Virus record (IMG/VR): IMGVR_UViG_3300001868_000222
Span: 1 to 39,670 of that record
Direction: 5' to 3' (one strand)
DNA: 39,670 nucleotides
From: a virus
Taxonomy: Duplodnaviria > Caudoviricetes
Below are positions 8,845-19,044 of this stretch, piece by piece; within the stretch, counting starts at the first letter, position 1, and each line of letters starts with the position of its first letter. The notes below the pieces were generated by a model. That model worked only from the letters and a program-made list of their open reading frames with translations. It did not search any database and was not told where the DNA came from. The position numbers were made by a program, and so were the translations under genes.

Positions 8845-9249
8845 TTATGCAGTAATTTCCAGTGAGAATGATTGAGGCAGAATCTTCGCAAGAGCAGCAA
8901 GCGTAATCTTGCTATTGAGCACATCCTTGATGCCATCGTGATTGATATCACCATAACTGTCACCAACCAGTATACAGCCAAGGATATCGGTGTAATAATT
9001 TCCTGAATGGATCAGGATCATGTCGCGACCCGGAACATTGGTAATGTAAAAATGAGTCCCGTATTTCGGGGAATTTCTTTTCACAACCGCATACGTTCCT
9101 GCAGGTATGCATGAAATCTGATGTTGATTATGAAGGTCAGGCAGCTCAAGAGTTTTGCATCTTAAGACAGGCAGACCATTATTAATGACAACCATTTCGC
9201 CAAGAACCTCTTTAGCAGAATACTCAATGCGTTTTATTTTCAGATCCAT
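8845..9249 (-). CDS. DUF5675-like protein, putative endolysin
   Basis: TLE...SCIPAGTY...ILIHSGN...GCILVG motifs; lies next to spanin/holin candidates. Confidence 0.75.
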   Translation of the reverse strand: MDLKIKRIEYSAKEVLGEMVVINNGLPVLRCKTLELPDLHNQHQISCIPAGTYAVVKRNSPKYGTHFYITNVPGRDMILIHSGNYYTDILGCILVGDSYGDINHDGIKDVLNSKITLAALAKILPQSFSLEITA

Positions 9250-9252
9250 CGC

Positions 9253-9768
9253 TTATTTTTTAAAGAACTTGTTATAAATGAAATATGCAGCCACACCAAT
9301 TACTACCATGATGCCAAAGATCCAGCGCCATCGGTAAGGATCCTTCCCTGGTTCGGTAGTAGTCTGAGTCTTAATATCCGCTTTCCGGTCAACATTCCTG
9401 TTTAAAGATGAATCTACAGCGGTTGTTCCTTTTTGCTCTTTATTACTGGTAATAGTGGTTACGGTGGCCGATTTAATATTCCCCGGAAACTTCTTATTTC
9501 CAATGATGACAGAAGGCGTTGTTTTACCCAGTGAATCAGATTTAACCTGGTGAGTAGAATCCTGAGGGTAGAACTCCAGCTTAATGATTTCTATCTTATT
9601 GTTTGATTTTTTGGTAGTGTCGATCGTGACTGATCCCGTTTTCACTTCAGATGATTTAACCGTTTCGACTGAATTCACAGTTGCCGTTGTCTTTTGAAGC
9701 GATTTACATCCTGATAGCGATATCAGGATGACAACTGCAAAAAGGAATATTTTACTTACTGATTTCAT
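9253..9768 (-). CDS. Lipoprotein with C-terminal TM helix, putative unimolecular spanin
   Basis: Signal peptide with lipobox LSGC; C-terminal WIFGIMVVIGVAAYFIY. Confidence 0.65.
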   Translation of the reverse strand: MKSVSKIFLFAVVILISLSGCKSLQKTTATVNSVETVKSSEVKTGSVTIDTTKKSNNKIEIIKLEFYPQDSTHQVKSDSLGKTTPSVIIGNKKFPGNIKSATVTTITSNKEQKGTTAVDSSLNRNVDRKADIKTQTTTEPGKDPYRWRWIFGIMVVIGVAAYFIYNKFFKK

Positions 9769-9964
9769 TTGATGTTGTTTTGCTGAAATTGGTTATAAAC
9801 TTAAACGTTACCAGGCCTATGTAAACAATGGTCCTGTAATCCTGCCATGTAGGATTGCTGAATGATGCAGCTTCCAAAATAGGGATAAGCGCCAACGCAC
9901 AATCACCTATCTTTCTCCATGCTATGCTACTTGGTTGCCAGTAGCGAATCCATAATTTTTTCAT
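9752..9964 (-). CDS. Putative holin
   Basis: 70 aa, two hydrophobic segments, within lysis cassette. Confidence 0.5.
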   Translation of the reverse strand: MKKLWIRYWQPSSIAWRKIGDCALALIPILEAASFSNPTWQDYRTIVYIGLVTFKFITNFSKTTSNEISK

Positions 9965-10317
9965 GACTCGTTAATTTTAGATGAGTAATTTCGTCTTCGC
10001 TTTAATACCGCAATGGCCTCCCCATGTTCCTGAAGCTTTTCTGAGTGATCCTTCAATGTCAAATCGATTCCATTATGTGCCTTGACACATGAATTAATCT
10101 GATTGATAGAATTAGCACTCAACGAAATAAATTTCCCAGTTAATTCTATCCATGCATTCTTCATATCTTTGAATTCTGACATTAGATTCTTAAGAAAGAA
10201 TGCAACTACCAACAGGAGCATAGTAACCACGCTCGAAAAAAAGCCTATGACATAAACATATACTTCAGGGACCTTTTCAACGATTGGGTTTAAACTAGAG
10301 GGGTACGGTGTAATCAT
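9961..10317 (-). CDS. Membrane protein, holin/antiholin candidate
   Basis: One N-terminal TM plus helical tail; first gene after a late-promoter motif. Confidence 0.5.
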   Translation of the reverse strand: MITPYPSSLNPIVEKVPEVYVYVIGFFSSVVTMLLLVVAFFLKNLMSEFKDMKNAWIELTGKFISLSANSINQINSCVKAHNGIDLTLKDHSEKLQEHGEAIAVLKRRRNYSSKINES

Positions 10318-10338
10318 TGCTTTATGATTTAGTTTTAA

Positions 10339-10373
10339 CGAAAATACCCTTCAAACAGGCGAAGGCAAAGGAC
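10339..10373 (-). promoter_or_regulatory. Putative late promoter GTCCTTT-N20-TATTTTCG (lysis operon)
   Basis: One of four identically spaced copies. Confidence 0.65.
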
Positions 10374-10376
10374 AAA

Positions 10377-12227
10377 TTAACACTCTATTAAATCAACCTG
10401 TGCCAGTTCGATATGCATTAATTTAATGCTTACAGATACTTTTTTGATGTAGAAATTAACGCCCTTGATGTTGTATTTTTTCTTTAGGTCGAGATTTCTC
10501 AATGCCAAGGCATTTAGCAGAATAAATACCGTAATCAGTTTTTTATTTTTACCTATCCACGCTGCATATTCAGCATGATATGTATTGAACACACCATCGT
10601 CACCATCCCAGGCTAACGACAGATCACAAAGCTTCGTGCCATCCATCGCATAGTTACGCCCTGATATGAGAGGATACGATCCTGATATAACTGTAGGAGG
10701 ATCTCCAAGCCCTTCACCGGGTATAGATCCGGATATATCTGTCAGGCCATGATTGAAGGCTATCATAGCTTTCTCTGGCCGGGTATATCGGGTTTCCCTA
10801 AATATGGGTACCAGTGCATCAGTCACAATCATAGTTGCATCAGGTTTCATCCAGTACTTATCAATGTTCATCTCAACCGGTGTAATATCGGTTTGCATCG
10901 AATAGTCACCATCAATCATTAAGCCTAACCCCTGATCAACACATTCGAACCTGAACATAGTGAGCACACTTCCATCCACAGGCATGATATTCCGGTGAAA
11001 TATCTCCTTTGTGTCGTTTATTTTGAAATATAGATCATCAGTTTCCGGCAGGTAGGTCAGCATATCATTGTAGTGATCAACATACACCGTTATGACATCC
11101 TCAGTCGTTTTCTGATTTTTACAACCAGATCCATACGTCTGCCCGACTTCTTGGGCAATAATAGCTCCACCTTCCGTGACAAGGGCAGTCCAGTCTATCA
11201 AATCTGTAGCGTGCAGTATATCCTTATTGAAAACCATATCAAACCCGGTTCCTGAAGGAATGATGGTGATACAAAAATACTTCAACACTTCCTTCAGAAA
11301 GGTTGCAAGGTAGTAGTTAGGCGAACAGGTGTTGAGCTGAAAATAGGGTTCCAGGTAAACCAGTCCATTGTCAAACACAGCGCCATGCAATAAGTCTATC
11401 GTATACCATCCAGCAATAGTGATATTGGGATTAAAAACATTGATCGATACAAGTTTTGCAAAATCACCTTCCTTGAAAAGATTATTGTTGAGTTTAAACC
11501 TGAATATGACATCGAATAAGTAACCGATATAAGGGAAAGGAATCGTAGGCATGTGTGTTGCCTCCCATCTGAACTTTCCAAGAGTAGGGTTATACATATT
11601 CAGATAAGACCACATCGCATAAAAATGGAGTGGTTGATCCATCACCTGGTTCGTACAGAACTTCAGAAATTCCATTCTGGTGACAGCCTCATCGTTTGTC
11701 GAAAAGAATTGTCCCGGAAACTCAACCCTGAGTGGACCAACCGCGAAGTCAGGAGTTGCCACATCTCCCGGAGTACCGGTAACTGCAGACGCAAGCAATT
11801 CCGCGTATGTAGGATAAAATCCTGTTTCATCGGTCACCTCTTCAGGAGAACCGCAATAGGGCATTGTGTAACGTTGCATGTCGAGCTGCAGGAGGGTTTT
11901 ATCTTCTTTAGCTTCAATATAGGCAGATCCCCGATAAAATACATTGATATTGCCATCAAAAGTGTCAAGAACCAACACACCTGAAGTGATACCAATGCCA
12001 TCATCCTTGACAGATACACCTTCAATTTCTTCGTACGAAAGAACTGAAGCTATCCGGTTTGGATGGTTGAAACGTGCCAGGTTCGGAGGAGTAGCCGGTA
12101 ACGCAAAATCAAGCGAGTAGGGAGATGGAATACGGTCTTGAAGCATGAAAGGGTTTTCGATGATCAGATCGAGTGATATATCTGCCGGCAGATGGATCGG
12201 GACTCCTAAAATAAGTATTTCTAGCAT
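10377..12227 (-). CDS. Putative tail tip / distal tail protein
   Basis: 616 aa immediately downstream of tape measure. Confidence 0.55.
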   Translation of the reverse strand: MLEILILGVPIHLPADISLDLIIENPFMLQDRIPSPYSLDFALPATPPNLARFNHPNRIASVLSYEEIEGVSVKDDGIGITSGVLVLDTFDGNINVFYRGSAYIEAKEDKTLLQLDMQRYTMPYCGSPEEVTDETGFYPTYAELLASAVTGTPGDVATPDFAVGPLRVEFPGQFFSTNDEAVTRMEFLKFCTNQVMDQPLHFYAMWSYLNMYNPTLGKFRWEATHMPTIPFPYIGYLFDVIFRFKLNNNLFKEGDFAKLVSINVFNPNITIAGWYTIDLLHGAVFDNGLVYLEPYFQLNTCSPNYYLATFLKEVLKYFCITIIPSGTGFDMVFNKDILHATDLIDWTALVTEGGAIIAQEVGQTYGSGCKNQKTTEDVITVYVDHYNDMLTYLPETDDLYFKINDTKEIFHRNIMPVDGSVLTMFRFECVDQGLGLMIDGDYSMQTDITPVEMNIDKYWMKPDATMIVTDALVPIFRETRYTRPEKAMIAFNHGLTDISGSIPGEGLGDPPTVISGSYPLISGRNYAMDGTKLCDLSLAWDGDDGVFNTYHAEYAAWIGKNKKLITVFILLNALALRNLDLKKKYNIKGVNFYIKKVSVSIKLMHIELAQVDLIEC

Positions 12228-12230
12228 GGT

Positions 12231-15200
12231 TTATCCTCCGATGTTTGCGTTTTTTTGAATGCGAGCAAGCTTGTCTTGTTGTTCCTGAAAGCCGTTTTTA
12301 CCAAGAAGGGAAACATCGGCTCTGATGGGTTTCTCCAGTTGCTTATTCAGCTTATTAAATGCTTCCAGCATCTGAAGATATACAGCGTTATTTGAATTCT
12401 GAATTACAGGGATAGATGATGATCCGGACGCGCCTGCAGGCGAAGTAAACCCACCATCCTTTTTACCTGGTGAATTGCGTTGGAAAGTAGCTGCCATTAC
12501 TGCCGGCAGATTAATCGACCTAATGGTCCCTGAGCGCTGCGCATAATCGATGATGTCGAGCACAGGTTTAATGGTTGGATTACGGACTGCATCAGCGCTA
12601 TTGATGAATTCATTTTTGTGGTAGTATCCGGCAACGTCATCATCTGAACCTTCATCTGCATAACCTCCAGACTTTTTACCTTTACTGGATCCAAAGGTTT
12701 GTGCCAGAATACCAGCAATGCTGACACCTGCACTCACGGTGTTGATAGTTACCCATGGTTGACCAAATGTGACCGGAAAAGCTGCAACTGCTTTAGAGTT
12801 GGCAATAGCAGTATTGAATATGATTTGAGCAATAGCGGTAGCTTGTTGAGCATAGAAAAAGGCTTTACCAAGGGCGCTTTCTTTGCCGAAAATATCAACA
12901 AGAACACCAAGTCCATTATTGAGTATGTCGAGTTTAGCATTACCCAACTCCTTTTCTTTATCTAACTTTTCATTCTGAATTCCTAATGAATCATCCTTAT
13001 ACTTTTTCTCTGCCGTGAGGATCTTCTTTTGATCGGTACCTGCCAGTTTGATTTCCTGATCATAGGTTGCCTTTGCTTTGGCGGCCTGTGCATCCCAACG
13101 CTCTATATCTGATTTTGCAGATAGTTCATTAATGTCGTATTGCTCTAACGCTTTTGCATTGGTAAGCGCCAACATGCGTTCATTGTGTGCCTTGGTCTTT
13201 TCTTCAATTGTAGCATGAAGTAGATCATTCAATTCAATTTCCTTGAGTGTCAGATTTCCCTTAATGATGAATTGTTCCTTCAGGGCATCTTGTTCTTTTG
13301 TCCAGGCATCATCTTCTTTTGCTATTTGTTTATCTATTTCATTCTGAACATTTTCAATTTTAGCATCTTTTAATGTCTGTTGAGCTTTAAGGATTAATGC
13401 ATTTTTTTCAGCTTCAGCATCCAGAATTTTTTTATCCAATTCATTCTGAGTCTCAACAGTACTTTGTCCGTTTTTCTTCTCTATTTCAATTTTCTTTTGA
13501 AGGAATTCCAAATCAGACTGCAGAGTCAATGCATGAAAAGTAGCATCATTGATCGTTGAATCATTATGTTGTTTCTCAAGCAAATTCTTCTGATCTGTGC
13601 TGGCATCAACAGCAACCTTCAATTCAACATCATATTGTTTTTTCTTTTCTGCAGCTGCTTTCTCTGCAGCTTTTTGAGCTTTCTCTGCAGCTTTTGCCTT
13701 TTCCTCGTCAGTTAACTCAGGCGTTAACTTACCTGGAACACCGGTATTGTATTTTGTTTCCAGTTTGTTCTTTTCAGCAATTAATTGGTTATAGGTAGTG
13801 GCAAGTGCATTTTGTTTTTGCTGATTAGTAACATCATTCTCAATTGCACCTTTAGTAGCCAAGCCAGCTCCAGTCCTTTCATCAGCAGATCCGGAATAAA
13901 AAGTTGTATTTGTTACTCGTTTCTGAGCATCAACTTCAGCTTGTTTTGCAGCATTTGCAGTACCAAAAGTTCCACCTTTACCATCGATGCCAAATCTATC
14001 TCTTTGGACCTGACGTTGAGCTTCCATATTTGCAGCAAGTTCTTTTTGGTTACCTTCCAACCAGATCTTTTTTTCCAATTCCCTATTATAACTCCCTAAA
14101 AGCTTTGCACCCTCATTAGTGGCAATGTTCTCAAGCGTCAAACCTTTTAAATAACCACCCGCTTCAGTTTGCAACTCTTTCAGCGCTTTTAATCTTTCTT
14201 CCTTTGATAGCTTTTCATTTTTAGCTGATTCTACCAACAGATCAGTTTTTACCTTTTCTTTATCTACAGCCTGTGCCGTGTCTTCAATAGCTTTCAAATG
14301 TTCTTTCATTAACTTTGATGATTCTGACATCCTTTGCGAAAACAGCATTAAAGCAGTACCTGCAGCTACTAATACTGCAACAAGTAACCCGATGGGATTT
14401 GATTTAACCGAAATATTCCAAAGATCCTGTGCCTTTTTTACCACTCCCAACCAAAAATTATGGAGTGCTAATCCAATATTAGAAAGATTAATCGCAACAT
14501 TATAAGCAATAACTCCGGCTGCCAATGAAACCATGCTCTTGAACATAATCACCAGGATAGAGACCCATTGTAGGAATTCAGCATGAAGTTTTGTTACTGG
14601 ATTAAGAAGATCTCTTATCCAAATAAATAGATCTTTGAATCCGGAAGAAAGAGGTAAAATTACTTTTGCAATCATGCCTCCCATGTTCTCTTTAATGTCT
14701 GTCCAGATTAACCCTAATTGTTTTAAAGGTCCCACACCTTCCTGAGCTGCAGTCTCTGCAAATCCCTGGTATTTTTCATTAATTAAATCAACAGCAGCGC
14801 CATTCTCTAATTGTTCTTTCGTTAATAACTTAAAAGCCGGATCCAAACGGTTCAATCCCCTTAAGACGCCCGAATAAGAACTATCCAATTGTTTGACTGC
14901 CCCAGAGAGATCCATTCCCGGAATGTCAGCAGCCATCTGTATAGCTGCCTTCATAGTTTTTTTAATTTGATCTTCTGTTCTTCCTTGAGATGCTAAAAAT
15001 GCTTCCTGAGATTCAATAACTTCATGTGGAACATTCATTAAATCCTGAAGCTTTGCTGCATTTTTCATCAGGTTGGGCATTATCTCTTCCCTACCTTTCA
15101 GTGCAGTTTGCAGCTTCTTCTCACTTTGTGCAGCTGTATCCCAGTCTGTTAAAAATTCTCCAACAGATCTTGCTGCCCCATATACTGCAGCAGCTCCCAT

Positions 15201-15650
15201 GGCAACCAAACCAAAGTACTTATTTACACCTGCAGACATTTTACCGAACCAACTTTCACCTGCGCTATTGCTTGCATTGACTTTGTCTATTTCACCTTTG
15301 AGGGATTGTACTTTCTTTTTTTGTTCATCATATCCTGATGCACCGTCACGGTTCATTTTATTCATCTCAAGCGTTGCCTGGGAGAGCGCTTTTCTGAGAT
15401 CATTGATGGATGCACCGGATATATTCTTTAAGACGGCATCGACATCATAACTTTGTTTCTGAAGTTTATTGAGTTCCTGAGTAGCTGCTTTAGTTTCGGC
15501 TTTCAATCGATCGAAAAGGGGTGTATTTTCATCTTTAAGCGCCTTCATTTTTAAGGCAATCAGGCTTTTTACCCTATCTTCCAATTCTACGATCCTGGCT
15601 TTTGCCACTTCATTGTTCAGAATTACATCGACGACTGCTTGCTTTGCCAT
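12231..15650 (-). CDS. Tail tape measure protein
   Basis: Long Ala/Lys/Glu-rich helical protein with hydrophobic segments; ATG at 15650 preferred because the track start (15704) lies at the promoter motif. Confidence 0.85.
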   Translation of the reverse strand: MAKQAVVDVILNNEVAKARIVELEDRVKSLIALKMKALKDENTPLFDRLKAETKAATQELNKLQKQSYDVDAVLKNISGASINDLRKALSQATLEMNKMNRDGASGYDEQKKKVQSLKGEIDKVNASNSAGESWFGKMSAGVNKYFGLVAMGAAAVYGAARSVGEFLTDWDTAAQSEKKLQTALKGREEIMPNLMKNAAKLQDLMNVPHEVIESQEAFLASQGRTEDQIKKTMKAAIQMAADIPGMDLSGAVKQLDSSYSGVLRGLNRLDPAFKLLTKEQLENGAAVDLINEKYQGFAETAAQEGVGPLKQLGLIWTDIKENMGGMIAKVILPLSSGFKDLFIWIRDLLNPVTKLHAEFLQWVSILVIMFKSMVSLAAGVIAYNVAINLSNIGLALHNFWLGVVKKAQDLWNISVKSNPIGLLVAVLVAAGTALMLFSQRMSESSKLMKEHLKAIEDTAQAVDKEKVKTDLLVESAKNEKLSKEERLKALKELQTEAGGYLKGLTLENIATNEGAKLLGSYNRELEKKIWLEGNQKELAANMEAQRQVQRDRFGIDGKGGTFGTANAAKQAEVDAQKRVTNTTFYSGSADERTGAGLATKGAIENDVTNQQKQNALATTYNQLIAEKNKLETKYNTGVPGKLTPELTDEEKAKAAEKAQKAAEKAAAEKKKQYDVELKVAVDASTDQKNLLEKQHNDSTINDATFHALTLQSDLEFLQKKIEIEKKNGQSTVETQNELDKKILDAEAEKNALILKAQQTLKDAKIENVQNEIDKQIAKEDDAWTKEQDALKEQFIIKGNLTLKEIELNDLLHATIEEKTKAHNERMLALTNAKALEQYDINELSAKSDIERWDAQAAKAKATYDQEIKLAGTDQKKILTAEKKYKDDSLGIQNEKLDKEKELGNAKLDILNNGLGVLVDIFGKESALGKAFFYAQQATAIAQIIFNTAIANSKAVAAFPVTFGQPWVTINTVSAGVSIAGILAQTFGSSKGKKSGGYADEGSDDDVAGYYHKNEFINSADAVRNPTIKPVLDIIDYAQRSGTIRSINLPAVMAATFQRNSPGKKDGGFTSPAGASGSSSIPVIQNSNNAVYLQMLEAFNKLNKQLEKPIRADVSLLGKNGFQEQQDKLARIQKNANIGG

Positions 15651-15667
15651 ATCATTATTCTTTTGAA

Positions 15668-15702
15668 CAATGATACTATGAGAGGGTAAAAAACTAAAGG
15701 AC
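15668..15702 (-). promoter_or_regulatory. Putative late promoter GTCCTTT-N20-TATCATTG (tape measure operon)
   Basis: One of four identically spaced copies. Confidence 0.7.
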
Positions 15703-15705
15703 AAA

Positions 15706-15732
15706 GAAAAAGCCTTCCGGGATGGAAGGCTT
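15706..15732 (-). terminator. Intrinsic terminator after the two-gene insertion
   Basis: aagccttcc-gggat-ggaaggctt with T-run on minus strand. Confidence 0.75.
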
Positions 15733-15757
15733 AAAATTATGTTTTTTAAAATTTAAG

Positions 15758-15964
15758 TTATGAAAAAGTCATAAAAGCAGGAGAATTTTCATTTGAATTA
15801 ATCTCTTTACAAATATCGCTAAAAACACGTATCGATTCTCCTTGTAGAAGTTCCTCTTCTGGAACAAAATTTAAAATGAAATCAGGATTATTTCGATTGA
15901 ATTCTTCAATTTTATTAAATATAATTGAAAAATTTCTTGTTGATTTTTTATCTTGTGCTTTCAT
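15758..15964 (-). CDS. Small hypothetical protein, partner of SDH-type protease
   Basis: 68 aa, 15 nt downstream of the protease, same AT-rich composition. Confidence 0.7.
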   Translation of the reverse strand: MKAQDKKSTRNFSIIFNKIEEFNRNNPDFILNFVPEEELLQGESIRVFSDICKEINSNENSPAFMTFS

Positions 15965-15979
15965 GTTTGGTGGTTTAAT

Positions 15980-17152
15980 TTATATAATTACCTTAAGACC
16001 TGTCTGAGCTTCAAGTTGTAATCTTATTGGACTTAAATTTGTTTGTGTATTACATTTTGGGCAAACAAAAATATCATTTTTTGGGTAATGAACAGCGTCA
16101 GGTGCAATATTAACGTTTTTTTCCAAATTTAATTGTATTTTAAAATTATCTGAACATTTTGGACAAATGAAATTAGCGTGAATAGCTTTTGGCTTATTCA
16201 CCATAGGTAAAACAGGAGGAATATTTTGACTTATTGATTGATAAATTTGAGAACAACAAGTTTCAAATATCTTATAAATACCAGTATTATCAAAAGTCAA
16301 CCTCAACAAAGTGTAATATCTGTTTATAGCGTCATTTAGATCAGTATCTTGAGAATAATCATTTATAACTAGCCTCATTTCACATAGGTCTTTAATTCGT
16401 ATTGACTTCCCATGCGTCAACCAATCTGAATGCTTACATAATTTATTTGCTATTTCTTCTGCTCTACCCTCCTTATCTTCTTTAGTAACAACTATTCCTG
16501 TAGAAGTATGTGTTTCCCAATATTTAAATTTATATATTGAAAGCCAGTTTTTAACGAGTGTTTTAGAAAAGTTTTGTGCATTTTCTGAATGTTGTATTTC
16601 TCCTGGAGAAATACTCTGTAGCATGGGTATATATGCCGGATTTAATTTTCCAGTATTTAATACTTCCTGTTTTATTTTCTCAAGTCCATCTAAAAAAGCA
16701 TCCGCAGAAAATCTCTTTCCATTATTATTAATTATCTGGGCATCTATTGGTCCTAACGATGATGATGTACCCATTAAAATTTCATCACCAGCCATAGCAA
16801 AAATAGTTCCGGCACTTTTTGCCATTCCGGGAATGATAATTCCTACTCTGTCATACTTTGACCGAATTAAATCAACCATATCATCAACTGTTTCAGCAAT
16901 TCCGCCAGGAGTTTCTAAAATAATATCAATATCTTTTGTGGCCAAATAAGTAAGTTGATCTTTAAATGGAAGTAAATCCGTTGGTGTAATTAAAACAGGT
17001 GAATTTCCCTTATTAGGATTATAAGAATCACCTGCATAAACAATAATGTCTCTCTTTCTTATTGCGGAAATTCTTTTTAACTGATTCTTTCTCTCCTCAG
17101 TAATTTGTTCAAACGTAAGCCTTCTGTTTATGTAATCGGAATAAATGCCCAT
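15980..17152 (-). CDS. SDH_sah / ClpP-fold serine protease with C-terminal CxxC-CxxC zinc ribbon
   Basis: ILETPGG, AKSAGT (nucleophile Ser), SLGPIDAQ, LTHG; two CPKC motifs. Confidence 0.85.
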   Translation of the reverse strand: MGIYSDYINRRLTFEQITEERKNQLKRISAIRKRDIIVYAGDSYNPNKGNSPVLITPTDLLPFKDQLTYLATKDIDIILETPGGIAETVDDMVDLIRSKYDRVGIIIPGMAKSAGTIFAMAGDEILMGTSSSLGPIDAQIINNNGKRFSADAFLDGLEKIKQEVLNTGKLNPAYIPMLQSISPGEIQHSENAQNFSKTLVKNWLSIYKFKYWETHTSTGIVVTKEDKEGRAEEIANKLCKHSDWLTHGKSIRIKDLCEMRLVINDYSQDTDLNDAINRYYTLLRLTFDNTGIYKIFETCCSQIYQSISQNIPPVLPMVNKPKAIHANFICPKCSDNFKIQLNLEKNVNIAPDAVHYPKNDIFVCPKCNTQTNLSPIRLQLEAQTGLKVII

Positions 17153-17441
17153 AACGTTATTTTAAAAAATTTACTAAAATGATTACAATTTCAATTAAAT
17201 GAGCTTTTTCAGAAACAATAGAATAACAATTTAAATTTTAAAAAGTTAATCATAAATAGCATATTTATTAAGTATTTATGCTGTTATTTAGCCGAATATT
17301 TTTTTTTTATTATTTTAAAATTTCTGCATAAAGATTATAAAACAGATTAGGAAAAAACAAGTAATAATAGACTTATTGTATGAACCCCCCGTTTTTCTGG
17401 ATGAATCAATGATTTATGTTAAAATATGTTAAAAATATAGA

Positions 17442-17840
17442 TCAAATATTCTTTGTAAAACTCTGTACCATGAACCGTTCAATCTGCAGTGCATTCTTTT
17501 CTTCAAGCAGATGGCGAAGTACTTCGAGTTGTTTCCAGAACACGGAAGTTAACCAGGGCTTTTCGTGCCGGGAGGTCTTGCCGATTGTTTCTAATGCATC
17601 ACGGTCAATAATCTTGACACCCTTACCAACTCCCCAGTTGACCATCTGTCCATACCATGCAAAAGCAAAAATAACCCTGGAGGGATCACCATCAGCAGCC
17701 GTGATGACGTGATTGGTGAAGCTCTGTACCAGGGCGTGTGTTTTACCGATTCCAAGGGCTTCAATCTTCTTGATCCACTCTTTGATCACGATATCAGCCC
17801 AGGCTTCGACGGTAAGCTTTATATTGGTGTTATCGGCCAT
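17442..17840 (-). CDS. Putative neck / tail-completion protein
   Basis: Size and position; YGQMVNWGVG reminiscent of HK97 gp10-like proteins. Confidence 0.5.
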   Translation of the reverse strand: MADNTNIKLTVEAWADIVIKEWIKKIEALGIGKTHALVQSFTNHVITAADGDPSRVIFAFAWYGQMVNWGVGKGVKIIDRDALETIGKTSRHEKPWLTSVFWKQLEVLRHLLEEKNALQIERFMVQSFTKNI

Positions 17841-17842
17841 GG

Positions 17843-18280
17843 TTAGAATTCATTGTTGATGCTGAATCCAAAGCCGTAGCCATAGCAGTTATCAGCCAGT
17901 GGACCGATCTCTGAATAGTCGATTCGGGAATCATCAAGGCCATAAGCCGGCTGTTCATATTCTTCGGCATCAAGTTTCATACGATCAAATAGGGCAATGC
18001 CTAAATCGAGAGATGTTTGTTTAGCCAGGACACGGGATGGTGAATCATTCACACGGGCTTTGGTAAACACGTAGATATTGTGATAGCCGGCCATGAACCT
18101 GCGATCACGCAGATCGAGATAACCGTCTCCGGAGTCATTAACTACCAGACAGGGTAATTTAATACCACGGAGATCGGAGAGTACTTCCTCTAGCTGGGTG
18201 ATGGATGATACCCGTTTGATATCTTTGATATCGGGTACGTCAGCCAGGATCGATGAAAAGTATTCGAATTTATTGAACAT
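17843..18280 (-). CDS. Putative tail terminator / neck protein
   Basis: 145 aa, synteny only. Confidence 0.45.
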   Translation of the reverse strand: MFNKFEYFSSILADVPDIKDIKRVSSITQLEEVLSDLRGIKLPCLVVNDSGDGYLDLRDRRFMAGYHNIYVFTKARVNDSPSRVLAKQTSLDLGIALFDRMKLDAEEYEQPAYGLDDSRIDYSEIGPLADNCYGYGFGFSINNEF

Positions 18281-18282
18281 GG

Positions 18283-19044
18283 TTAAATGGATTGAGAGGT
18301 TTCGATACGCTTGTTGAGTTCAAAGAGTACTTCATGCACTTCAGTGGCTTTGATCTGTGGGTTATGGGTGATATCGCCATCATTGAGCGAGGAGAGCATC
18401 CCCATCACGATCTCATCAGCCGGAGTGGAGAGCTGAGAATTTTCTTCACCACTGAAGATATAAGGGTATTTATCGATCAACCAGGCTTTGACGCCGGTGT
18501 ACCAGAGATAGACGATATACTTCCGGTGTAGTGGGATCCGCTTGAAGCGACGTGACCATTTATCCAGGTTGCGACCTTCGTCCCAGGCTTCGCTGTGATC
18601 GCGATAAAAGATAGCCAACATGTTATTGAGTGAATGTTCGTTGTGCGTTTGGCTGTAATCGCTGTAAAGAGAATCAGCAACAAGATATTCACCTAAAGAA
18701 ACGCCATACAGCATAGAATTGCAACCGGAATAACGACCCATGCGTTCAGGATTTTGAAAGAAATGCACGTCTTTTACCAGGTAGTCGAGTTTTGATACCA
18801 TGGCAGCAAAGCGGTCGACATCCAGGAGGAAACGGGATCCTTTTTGATATTTGAATAAATAATAGAGTTGGCCATCGATTAGGGTAGGATCCTTATGCAG
18901 CAACTTCAATCCGGAGAACCGGATGAAGCAACGGGTCAGGAGTTCAACTTCATTCACGCCGGCCAAAAGCAGCCTGGAGAAATATTCGAGGTCGGAGTGC
19001 GTAAGATCACTCCAACCTTTGGGGACTATCAGTTCTATTTTCAT
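18283..19044 (-). CDS. Hypothetical morphogenesis protein (tail assembly chaperone candidate)
   Basis: Synteny; start at 19044 (MKIEL) or 19053. Confidence 0.45.
   Translation of the reverse strand: MKIELIVPKGWSDLTHSDLEYFSRLLLAGVNEVELLTRCFIRFSGLKLLHKDPTLIDGQLYYLFKYQKGSRFLLDVDRFAAMVSKLDYLVKDVHFFQNPERMGRYSGCNSMLYGVSLGEYLVADSLYSDYSQTHNEHSLNNMLAIFYRDHSEAWDEGRNLDKWSRRFKRIPLHRKYIVYLWYTGVKAWLIDKYPYIFSGEENSQLSTPADEIVMGMLSSLNDGDITHNPQIKATEVHEVLFELNKRIETSQSI

Noticed and set aside
15651-15704. N-terminal extensions called by the ORF track (also 21468-21518, 19869-19928, 32182-32304)
   Set aside because: They overlap promoter motifs or upstream genes; downstream ATGs fit better
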